Below are positions 55,255 to 63,475 of a stretch of 64,000 bases of DNA, one piece after another (position 1 is the first letter of the stretch; every line of letters starts with the position of its first letter). The notes beneath the pieces are model-generated. The model did not search any database. It had not been told where the DNA came from and saw only the letters and a list, made by a program, of their open reading frames with translations. The translations under genes and the position numbers were made by a program. This DNA comes from Candidatus Nomurabacteria bacterium (GTDB taxonomy: Bacteria; Patescibacteriota; Minisyncoccia; Phycocordibacterales; UBA918), in NCBI GenBank assembly GCA_020632075.1, contig JACKGH010000001.1, forward strand, positions 936,470 to 1,000,469. The letters are read 5' to 3'.

Positions 55255-56532
55255 ATGCAAACATTCCTTCACAAACTCAAAGTAATCTTCACTGAACCAG
55301 CTATCCGTAACCGTGTACTCTTTGTGCTTGGTGCGTTGGTAGTCTTCCGTGCACTTGCTTCGATCCCGATCCCGGGCATCAATCAGGCAGTGCTCCAAGA
55401 GTTTTTTAACAACAACCAATTCTTTGGTCTGTTGAACATCTTTTCAGGTGGTGGACTCACTAACCTGTCGATCGTGATGCTTGGTGTTGGTCCGTTTATT
55501 ACGGCATCGATCATCATGCAGCTTTTGACGGTAATGTCGCCAAAGCTCAAGAGCCTCTACACTGAAGAAGGAGAGGCGGGGCGTGCACGCTTTACACAGT
55601 ACAGCCGTATGCTCACTTTGCCACTTGCGATCTTGCAAGGCTTCGGTTTCCTTACTCTTTTGCAGAGTCAGGGAGTGATCACAGACCTGACTCAGTTCCA
55701 GATGGCAACAAACATCATACTGATCGTAGCTGGTTCAATGCTCCTCATGTGGATCGGTGAGTTGGTAACTGAGTACGGTGTTGGTAATGGTGTGTCCATC
55801 ATTATCTTCGCTGGTATCGTGGCAACTCTGCCATCGACAGCGAGTCAACTCTTATTCGGATATCAGGCTACAGAGCTGCCGTTCTATGTTGGCTTTGGTG
55901 TTGTCGCTCTTGCGATCATCTACGCTGTCGTGGTCATGACTGAAGCAGAGCGACCAGTGCCGATCACCTATGCGAAGCAGAGTCGTGGGGGAGCGACCTA
56001 TGGAAAGAGTCAGTCATACCTGCCAATGCGTCTCAATCAGGCTGGTGTGATTCCGATCATTTTCGCCCTCTCGATCATTCTCTTCCCGCAGATGGTGCTC
56101 AATATCTTGTCAGCGATAATGACTGGTGAGCCATGGGTAGAGACTGCAACGCTGATGGTGAACAACTTTATGGCTAATCAGTGGGCATACGGAGGCGTCT
56201 ACTTTGTGCTCGTGTTCCTCTTCACCTTCTTCTACACTGCAGTCACCTTTGACCCAGATTCTGTGGCAAAGAACTTGCAGCGAAGCGGTGGATTCATTCC
56301 TGGTATTCGTCCAGGCGGACACACAGCAGAATACCTTGGTAATCTCGTTACCCGACTTACCTTGGTGGGTGCGCTCTTTCTTGGTGCGATCGCGGTACTC
56401 CCAGTGGGTATGCAGATCGCTACCGGTAAGCCACAGCTCGCGATCGGTGGTACTGCGGTACTCATTGTGGTATCGGTGGTGCTTGACCTGATCCGTCGAC
56501 TCGACGCACAGGTATCGATGCGGGAGTACTAA
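55255..56532 (+). CDS. secY: preprotein translocase subunit SecY
   Basis: 425 aa and 10 TM helices; LGVGPFITASIIMQLL. Confidence 0.95.
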   Translation: MQTFLHKLKVIFTEPAIRNRVLFVLGALVVFRALASIPIPGINQAVLQEFFNNNQFFGLLNIFSGGGLTNLSIVMLGVGPFITASIIMQLLTVMSPKLKSLYTEEGEAGRARFTQYSRMLTLPLAILQGFGFLTLLQSQGVITDLTQFQMATNIILIVAGSMLLMWIGELVTEYGVGNGVSIIIFAGIVATLPSTASQLLFGYQATELPFYVGFGVVALAIIYAVVVMTEAERPVPITYAKQSRGGATYGKSQSYLPMRLNQAGVIPIIFALSIILFPQMVLNILSAIMTGEPWVETATLMVNNFMANQWAYGGVYFVLVFLFTFFYTAVTFDPDSVAKNLQRSGGFIPGIRPGGHTAEYLGNLVTRLTLVGALFLGAIAVLPVGMQIATGKPQLAIGGTAVLIVVSVVLDLIRRLDAQVSMREY

Positions 56533-56552
56533 ACTTAAATGTAAAGTTTCAA

Positions 56553-56618
56553 AAAGACCCTTTCGAGGGTCTTTTTGTTTTACCGGCCGGGTCCCCTTCG
56601 GGGACCCGGCCGGTTTTT
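56553..56618 (+). terminator. tandem pair of intrinsic terminators after secY
   Basis: aaagaccctttcgagggtctttttg, followed by accggccgggtcccc-ttcg-gggacccggccggttttt. Confidence 0.7.
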
Positions 56619-56670
56619 AGCCCGGATCACATGCTACACTTTAGGGAGTTATTTCTAACGCAATACATCC

Positions 56671-58431
56671 ATGTTTTCATTTATTCTTTTGATCGCGCTG
56701 GTGGTCGTTTGGATCAAATTCGACCGACGCATCGAGCGCCTCGAAATGCTCTTGCGCCAGCGTGGTAATGCTCCCACTGAGCAGGTGCCAGTACCGCGTC
56801 CGATGCCGACGGCAGAAACTGCATTTACTCGCCGCCTTTCAGAAGAGGAGATCAGTGAATATGGCCCAACGATGTATGAGCCAAGTGGTCCTTCTGCGAT
56901 CAGCCGTTTTATTGACTGGGTCAAGAAAGACTTCATGGTGAAGTTGGGGGCATTTCTCCTACTCCTTGCGTTCGGCTGGTTTGTGAGTTACGCGATCATG
57001 GAAGAGTGGATCGGTCCAGCAGGGCAGATCGCACTTGGTTTGCTGGCCGGAGTATTCTTTCTTGGTCTGGGTGTGTGGCGCATCGAGTCATACCGACACC
57101 AGGGAGGGATCTTCACGGTGCTTGGCGCTTCGATCGTACTCTTTACTTTGTTTGCAGCTCGTGAGATCTATGACATGTTCACGCCAGCGTCGGCACTCTT
57201 TGTGATGTTCATGGCAGTCGTGTTTGTTGCGTTTGTGAGTGTGCGGTATCAGAGTGAGAAGTTGGCACACGCTGGCCTGCTACTGGGTAGTGCAGCACCA
57301 CTCTTTACTGGTGTGCTTGCTGACGCGCCGACACATTTCATGTACTTACTCATCGTGGCCCTTGGTAGCTTGTGGGTGGTCTGGAATACGGGTTGGACAC
57401 GACTTATTCTTGTATCGCTCGTGGTCACGTACTTCTACAGTGTTGCATTTATGATCGATGGATTCCGAGCCGATCGCGACGTTGTCCTGCTATTCTCATT
57501 TATCTTTGTCAGTATGTACTTTGCTGCCAACATGGTCAGCTTGGTTCGTCGACATGTCGAAGGAGTGAAACATATGCTCACTCACACCCTTGTCGCGCTC
57601 GGTACGGCCATCTTCCTCTTTACCTGGATCGAGGTGGCAGTGGATGCTGAGTGGAAGAGTATTCTGTATGTTGCTTGGGCAATGATCTTTGCGGTCGGTA
57701 CGTACATTGTGTATTCGTTCACTGCCAACAAACCAGCTTTTTACCTCTATGGTGCGACAGCAGCAGCTCTCATTGGGGTAGCGACCGCGGCTGAGCTCGA
57801 TGGGCCAGTCCTGACGCTCGCGTACCTCTTCGAGATCTGCGTGCTTCTTCTGGCTGCTGGACGACTCGGTCTTCGGGCTCGGACCCTGTCTCGTATGAGT
57901 CTCTTGCTGACGGTGCCAGTGCTCTTATCGCTTGAGAGCTTTGGTTCATCAGCGTGGCGACAGGGTGTTTTTCATGAAGATTTTGTAGTGCTTGGCCTCA
58001 CGATGTTTGTGCTTGGTACTATCGGATTATTGCTCCATGCCAAGAGTGCTGAAGCCGAAGACGAAGTTGCTTTGATCACTGCACAAGGTCACTTGGCCGT
58101 GTCTGGGCTCTACGCCACAGCACTCGTTTGGTTGATATTGCATGCTGCTGTTGCCTCTGATGATCTGGCAACTATGCTGTCGCTCATTATCTACACCGTG
58201 GTGGGTATTGGACTGTTCGTGGCAGGTACCGCACGATCGATTGATTGGCAGCGATTGGTGGGGAGTATCCTGATCGGCTTTGTGGTGTTGCGGTTGTTGT
58301 TTGTTGAGGTGTGGGATATGAATCTTGAAGGACGTATCATCACCTTCTTGATCATCGGTGTGCTGCTGATCTCGACTGCATTCTTACATAAGAATCGGAA
58401 GCAGACAGATGACGTAATTGTGAGCGAGTAA
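56671..58431 (+). CDS. large polytopic membrane protein (DUF2339-like)
   Basis: 586 aa: an N-terminal TM helix, a short soluble segment, and then about 16 TM helices. Confidence 0.45.
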   Translation: MFSFILLIALVVVWIKFDRRIERLEMLLRQRGNAPTEQVPVPRPMPTAETAFTRRLSEEEISEYGPTMYEPSGPSAISRFIDWVKKDFMVKLGAFLLLLAFGWFVSYAIMEEWIGPAGQIALGLLAGVFFLGLGVWRIESYRHQGGIFTVLGASIVLFTLFAAREIYDMFTPASALFVMFMAVVFVAFVSVRYQSEKLAHAGLLLGSAAPLFTGVLADAPTHFMYLLIVALGSLWVVWNTGWTRLILVSLVVTYFYSVAFMIDGFRADRDVVLLFSFIFVSMYFAANMVSLVRRHVEGVKHMLTHTLVALGTAIFLFTWIEVAVDAEWKSILYVAWAMIFAVGTYIVYSFTANKPAFYLYGATAAALIGVATAAELDGPVLTLAYLFEICVLLLAAGRLGLRARTLSRMSLLLTVPVLLSLESFGSSAWRQGVFHEDFVVLGLTMFVLGTIGLLLHAKSAEAEDEVALITAQGHLAVSGLYATALVWLILHAAVASDDLATMLSLIIYTVVGIGLFVAGTARSIDWQRLVGSILIGFVVLRLLFVEVWDMNLEGRIITFLIIGVLLISTAFLHKNRKQTDDVIVSE

Positions 58432-58433
58432 GT

Positions 58434-59645
58434 ATGATCACTATGTTTCAGAAAAATATTGTCATCACAGGATCACTCCTGTTTGTCGTACTTGGTCTTG
58501 GACTTTGTACCGCAGAAGCGCGGACACCACAGATTGCAGAGATGGAGGAAGCACCCGAAACCGCCTTTATGAAAATGATCCCGGTGCCAGCTGTTGATGT
58601 GGTAGTGCCGACTGTCGTCGAAGTGCCGATCGGCGAGCGGGTCTGGGATGATGAGACTTTCTTAGTCAAAGAGCGAGCAACCGGGCGATATATTGGTTCA
58701 TACTTGTCGTCGAAAACAGCAGTTGGTCTCACGCCAGTGTCAGTCAGTAGTGTGCCAAATGTAACTTCAGTGAACCGGCTAAATGATGGCAAGTTGGATA
58801 CCTTTACTGACTTTGATCTGCCAGCCGAAGGGGTGGGACAGGTGTCACTTACACTTAGTGCAAACAGCCCGATCACGTCATCACAGTTACGATTACGACT
58901 GGCACAGTATGTAGCTCTACCACTTACGGTGCAGGTGCAATACCAACGTCCTGGTGAGGATACCCTGCAGACGGCAGTTGCAACCACACGTATGACTGGT
59001 ACGACCGTGACCTTTCCCGAAGTAACTGCAACTCGATTTGTCGTTACCTTTACCTACGGTCAGCCACTGCGCATTACTGAACTATCGTTCGATCAGAAGA
59101 ATGCAGCTGTTACAGAAGAACAACGACTACGCTTCCTGCTGCAGCCGGGGGAGGACTATGATATTTACTACGATGCCGATCGCTCAGTACGAGTATCAAC
59201 GAGTGAGGTTGGTAACTTGTACAACGATAAGGAGGTGCTCTTGGTGTATGGCGGCTCACCTCGGGCTAATCAGCTGTATGTACCAGCTGACAGTGATGGT
59301 GATGGGGTGCGTGATACATTTGATAACTGTGTACAGATGTCGAATGAAGATCAGGTTGATATCGATGGTAATGGCCGCGGAGATGTGTGTGATGATTGGG
59401 ACCGAGATGGTCGTCTGAACAGTGCAGATAACTGCGTGAATGAGCCAAACCGAGATCAGCGAGATGAAGATCATGATGGTATCGGAGATGTGTGTGATGA
59501 GGAAGAGAGTCGCTTTACCGAAGCAAATCCGTGGGTGCCGTGGGTCGGTATCGGATTTGCAGGGTTAGTGCTGTTGCTACTCTTCACGTTGGTTGCTAAG
59601 CGGCCGGCTATACAAGCTGGTGAGGAAAAGAGAGAGGGAGAATAA
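58434..59645 (+). CDS. exported protein with thrombospondin type-3 (DxDxDG Ca-binding) repeats and a C-terminal TM anchor
   Basis: A signal peptide, then DSDGDGVRDTFDNCVQMSNEDQVDIDGNGRGDVCDDWDRDGRLNSADNCVNEPNRDQRDEDHDGIGDVCDEEE, and a C-terminal helix (GIGFAGLVLLLLFTLVA). Confidence 0.6.
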   Translation: MITMFQKNIVITGSLLFVVLGLGLCTAEARTPQIAEMEEAPETAFMKMIPVPAVDVVVPTVVEVPIGERVWDDETFLVKERATGRYIGSYLSSKTAVGLTPVSVSSVPNVTSVNRLNDGKLDTFTDFDLPAEGVGQVSLTLSANSPITSSQLRLRLAQYVALPLTVQVQYQRPGEDTLQTAVATTRMTGTTVTFPEVTATRFVVTFTYGQPLRITELSFDQKNAAVTEEQRLRFLLQPGEDYDIYYDADRSVRVSTSEVGNLYNDKEVLLVYGGSPRANQLYVPADSDGDGVRDTFDNCVQMSNEDQVDIDGNGRGDVCDDWDRDGRLNSADNCVNEPNRDQRDEDHDGIGDVCDEEESRFTEANPWVPWVGIGFAGLVLLLLFTLVAKRPAIQAGEEKREGE

Positions 59646-59653
59646 GTGGAACT

Positions 59654-59690
59654 AAAACTGGCCGGGCCCCGAAGGGGCCCGGCCAGTTTT
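59654..59690 (+). terminator. intrinsic terminator
   Basis: aaaactggccgggcccc-gaa-ggggcccggccagtttt. Confidence 0.7.
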
Positions 59691-59694
59691 AGTC

Positions 59695-60252
59695 ATGGAC
59701 AAACCACCTTATTTGTGGTTTTCTATCTACGGAAATAGTAGTTTCAGTGTGGAGAGTACCGCTGTGTACAAAATTATAATCACTGCAAAACCAGCCGGTC
59801 ACGCCCTCTTGTATGAGCGTCTTGGCCGGTCTGGTCGTCGGAAGCGAGTGCGCGCGTATGAGGCGATCGTAAGTATGCCGGATGGCACACAACACTCGTT
59901 CATGTTCACGCGTGATGTGTCCGATATAGTCTTTGGTGGTTTGCGGCAGCATTTCGGAGTAGGAGGTGAATGTCCGCCGAATCGAATTGACCTTCCATAC
60001 ACTGGCGTGCTGCATCGATCAGCGAACATTCCGTTCGCGATCAAGTTGTTTGATCAGCCAGATCAGACATTGCTTGGTGCTGGTGTGGTGGTGCGTAGGA
60101 ATCTGTTGATCCATCATGGTCCTGCTCGGAGCGAGGGATGTTTCACGATCGCTGGTGGCAAGAGGCACTTCAAACGGTTCAGGAGGCTACTTGAGCCCAT
60201 ACTGCACCGAGGTGTTCATATCGAAGTCGTTGTAGAACCAAGAGACAAGTAA
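59695..60252 (+). CDS. candidate L,D-transpeptidase-fold protein (YkuD/Tlde1-like His...Ser-x-Gly-Cys), no signal peptide
   Basis: NLLIHHGPARSEGCFTIAGG resembles the catalytic His / S-x-G-C core of L,D-transpeptidase-like domains. The spacing is shorter than in canonical YkuD, so the call is tentative. Confidence 0.35.
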   Translation: MDKPPYLWFSIYGNSSFSVESTAVYKIIITAKPAGHALLYERLGRSGRRKRVRAYEAIVSMPDGTQHSFMFTRDVSDIVFGGLRQHFGVGGECPPNRIDLPYTGVLHRSANIPFAIKLFDQPDQTLLGAGVVVRRNLLIHHGPARSEGCFTIAGGKRHFKRFRRLLEPILHRGVHIEVVVEPRDK

Positions 60253-60281
60253 AAAGCCGGCCCATATGGAGCCGGCCCATT

Positions 60282-60914
60282 TTAATATTGATTCTTTAAA
60301 GAATATCCGAGTGGTACCTCGTGTCGTCGCGGTTCCCACACTTCTGCATCAAGCCATTCCTTATAGGCATCAAAGATAGCGATCGCTACCGACTGGACAT
60401 TTTGACGTGAAGTATCGAGCACGAAGTCAAAGTGATTGGTGTCGTACGGATCGACACCATAGAGTCGTTTAAAACGATTTTGTTCGGTGAGCATTCGTTC
60501 TCGTACTTGTCGTGATACGGTGCCGAGAGAGGTGCTGCTTGTACCGACCGCCGAGCGGCTGGCGTTGGTCACGGCGTCTTTGAAGATGCGCGCGGTGGCG
60601 AGTTCGATATCGAGGTCGAGGTACACTTTGAATGATTCAGGGATCCAGTAGAAGCCAAGACGTGAGTCCACGATGATATCGTCCTTTTCGCGAAGTTTGC
60701 GAAGGGACTCGTCGACCTGATGGTCCATTTCATGGTTCTCAACTGCGCGCTTATTGTACTCCTCAAGAGTCATTTTTTTCTTGGTGAGGATCTGTCGAAC
60801 GAAGTCACCGGAAGAGTGTCGTGTGTAGCCAAGTAGTTCTGCCACACGGTCGGCAGTAGAGGACTTACCGCTACCAGGCTTGCCAGAGATCGTGATGATG
60901 TGTTTCTTTTCCAT
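60282..60914 (-). CDS. cytidylate kinase-like NMP kinase (archaeal-type cmk / AAA-kinase)
   Basis: The start is taken at the internal ATG (MEKKHIITISGKPGSGKSSTADRVAELLGY...SGDFVR). It has a P-loop and an NMP-binding region. Confidence 0.55.
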   Translation of the reverse strand: MEKKHIITISGKPGSGKSSTADRVAELLGYTRHSSGDFVRQILTKKKMTLEEYNKRAVENHEMDHQVDESLRKLREKDDIIVDSRLGFYWIPESFKVYLDLDIELATARIFKDAVTNASRSAVGTSSTSLGTVSRQVRERMLTEQNRFKRLYGVDPYDTNHFDFVLDTSRQNVQSVAIAIFDAYKEWLDAEVWEPRRHEVPLGYSLKNQY

Positions 60915-61049
60915 GCAGAGTATAAGCATACCATGAACGAAACCTGATCATACAACTATTGACAGATTATAGAAATGCGTGTTTACTATTTTCAGTGGCC
61001 AGTCGGCCCATCTGTACACTCACTACTTTGATGATCTTGGAGGTATATC

Positions 61050-61346
61050 ATGGCTCTGGCCAAGAAACTGATCGTTGCTCTGTTCGCAGCTTCGCTGCTC
61101 GGCCTCGGTGGCTGCGCCACTGCGGAAAAAGGCTGGGACAAGACTAAGGCTGGTTTTAACAGCGTCAAGTCTGGTATCAGCAAAACCTTCTCTGGTTCTG
61201 GTTCCACGTCAGGAATCAAGACGCCGTGGAGTGAAGCGAAGAAAGGTATCGTCTGGCCCTGGGACGCACTCCGCGACACCAAGTCGCAGGATGCCTACCG
61301 TCGAGGACTGACACCTGCCGAAGCGGCAGCAGAAATGGGACGATGA
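61050..61346 (+). CDS. small lipoprotein
   Basis: A lipobox (LLGLGGC) follows a signal peptide; the protein is 98 aa. Confidence 0.5.
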   Translation: MALAKKLIVALFAASLLGLGGCATAEKGWDKTKAGFNSVKSGISKTFSGSGSTSGIKTPWSEAKKGIVWPWDALRDTKSQDAYRRGLTPAEAAAEMGR

Positions 61347-61460
61347 GTCCAATGATGCACGCGCTGTGGTTTTACACCACAGCGCGTTCCATGTTTAGAG
61401 TAAAATAACCAATAAAATAAATTGCATTCACTCGCAAAAGTTGGTACTCTCCCTACATCT

Positions 61461-62033
61461 ATGGAACATAATACGAAGTATCTGAGTGTGGTCTTGATGG
61501 GAAAGATCGCGTCGGGTAAGGGGACACAGGCCTCTGAAATTGCGCACGAATTTGGTGGTGTCGTGTACTCAAACGGGAACAAGTTGCGCGAGGTCATCCA
61601 ACACCCAACACCGTTTGGCCGCAAGATGAAAGATATGTACGAGGAAGGCTATCTTATGCCAGAGTGGGTAGCTTCGTATTGGATGACACATGCGCTCGTA
61701 TCTCAGTATGAGAACGAACGGGTGATCTTTGAAGCAGTGGCGCGCAAGCCAAACGAAGCAGAGCTCTTCCATGAGATCCATGAGTGGGTAGAGCGACCAT
61801 ATATTGTATTCAACCTAGATGTGCCTGATGATGTTGTGCGAGAACGAAGCTTGAGTCGTGCGCGTGACGTGGTGGATTCCGCCGAAAAGATCGAGAAGCG
61901 ACTTGATGAATACCGCACGTACACCACGAAGTCGATCGAGTTCTTCCGTGAACAAGGCACCTTGATCGACATTGATGGAACACTATCTCCGGAAGAAGTG
62001 AAGCAACACATTTTTAATCATTTGCAGCAGTAG
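61461..62033 (+). CDS. divergent adenylate-kinase-like NMP kinase paralog (lacks the DGFPR motif)
   Basis: A P-loop (LMGKIASGKGTQ), but the NMP-bind/LID segment reads VIFEAVARKP instead of the conserved LIDGFPRT. The start is taken at the ATG at 61461. Confidence 0.5.
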   Translation: MEHNTKYLSVVLMGKIASGKGTQASEIAHEFGGVVYSNGNKLREVIQHPTPFGRKMKDMYEEGYLMPEWVASYWMTHALVSQYENERVIFEAVARKPNEAELFHEIHEWVERPYIVFNLDVPDDVVRERSLSRARDVVDSAEKIEKRLDEYRTYTTKSIEFFREQGTLIDIDGTLSPEEVKQHIFNHLQQ

Positions 62034-62042
62034 CGATAATAT

Positions 62043-62639
62043 ATGCAACCAACAACCGTTATTTTTATTGGTCCACAGGGAAGTGGAAAGGGGACTCAGA
62101 TCGAGCTTTTGTATAAAGTGATGACCGAGAAAGACCCGGCTCGTCGAGTGGTAGATATCCAAACCGGTCGCCGGTTTCGTGCACTAGCTGCAAAGCATGA
62201 GACCTTTGCTGAACGAAAGATCAATGCGACGCTCGACTCTGGAGTGCTTCAGCCAGACTTTTTAACGCACGTACTTTGGGGACAGGCGATGCTCGATCAG
62301 TTGGACGCAAAGAGTCACTTGCTTATTGATGGTTTTCCACGCACGGTGCCACAAGCAGAAGTGCTTGATGACGCGCTTGCGTTTTTTGAGCGTGATATGC
62401 TTCATGTGATCAATCTCGACACGCCGGAAGAAGTCGTACGGAAGCGCATGTACGAACGGGCGCGAGCAGATGACACTGATGAATCGATCGAAGAGCGCCT
62501 GCGGTGGTATCGTGAAGAGACGTTGCCGGTGCTTGACTACTACCGGGTGCGGCCAGACACTGAAGTGCATGATCTCGAAGGGACTGACACAATTGAAGGT
62601 GTGCACGCACAGATCTTGACTGCGCTCAAGTTAACCTAA
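62043..62639 (+). CDS. adk: adenylate kinase
   Basis: IFIGPQGSGKGTQ P-loop and a canonical LLIDGFPRTVPQAEVLD. Confidence 0.85.
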   Translation: MQPTTVIFIGPQGSGKGTQIELLYKVMTEKDPARRVVDIQTGRRFRALAAKHETFAERKINATLDSGVLQPDFLTHVLWGQAMLDQLDAKSHLLIDGFPRTVPQAEVLDDALAFFERDMLHVINLDTPEEVVRKRMYERARADDTDESIEERLRWYREETLPVLDYYRVRPDTEVHDLEGTDTIEGVHAQILTALKLT

Positions 62640-62644
62640 AACAT

Positions 62645-63418
62645 ATGATTACCAAGAAAACTCCAGAAGAGATCGAGACCCTTAAGGAAGCGGGATCTAT
62701 TCTTGCTAAGATCCTCAAGGGTGTGGCTGCCGAGATCAAACCAGGTGTAACTACCTTGTCGCTAGATGATCGTGCGATGGATTTGGCTGAAGAGTACGGG
62801 GTTGAGCCGGTACTCCTCGGCTATCATCCCGGATTTGCGGATCGTCCGTATCCAGCAGCGATTTGTGTGTCGGTGAACAACTGTGTCCAGCATGGTATTC
62901 CGTCTGAAGATTTCGTGCTCGAAGAGGGCGATGTGGTGAACATCGACATGTCGATCGCACATAAGGACATGATCGTTGACTCAGGACTCACTGTCGGAGT
63001 GGGGGAGATCAGTGATGAGGCGCGCAAACTACTAGCTGTCACTGAGGAGGCGCGAGCGATCGGTATCAAGGAAGCAAAGCCGGGTAATCACATTGGTGAT
63101 ATCAGTGCCGCGATCCAGAAGCATGTGGAGTCGCGTGGTTTCTCGGTCGTGCAGGTGCTCTGTGGTCATGGGGTTGGGTATGCCGTGCATGAAGATCCGA
63201 CGATCCCAAACTACGGCAAGGCTGGAACTGGTCCGCTTATCGAAGTGGGGCATGTGTATGCGATCGAACCAATTGTAAATATCGGCAAGCCCGATGTGGT
63301 ATTTGATGATGAAGGTGATGGCTACAGTGTATATACGACTGACGGTAGCTGGAGCGCACACTTTGAACATACGGTAGCGATCACTGAGGATGGTCCGCTC
63401 ATTTTGACTAAGGAATAG
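62645..63418 (+). CDS. map: type I methionine aminopeptidase
   Basis: VNNCVQHGIPS...VNIDMSIAHKDMIVDSG...LCGHGVGYAVHEDP. Confidence 0.9.
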   Translation: MITKKTPEEIETLKEAGSILAKILKGVAAEIKPGVTTLSLDDRAMDLAEEYGVEPVLLGYHPGFADRPYPAAICVSVNNCVQHGIPSEDFVLEEGDVVNIDMSIAHKDMIVDSGLTVGVGEISDEARKLLAVTEEARAIGIKEAKPGNHIGDISAAIQKHVESRGFSVVQVLCGHGVGYAVHEDPTIPNYGKAGTGPLIEVGHVYAIEPIVNIGKPDVVFDDEGDGYSVYTTDGSWSAHFEHTVAITEDGPLILTKE

Positions 63419-63454
63419 AAAAAGCGGCGGGCCCCAAAGGGGCCCGCCGCTTTT
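63417..63454 (+). terminator. intrinsic terminator after map
   Basis: aaaaagcggcgggcccc-aaa-ggggcccgccgcttttt. Confidence 0.7.
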
Positions 63455-63475
63455 TCACTCAACACCAAACTCACC

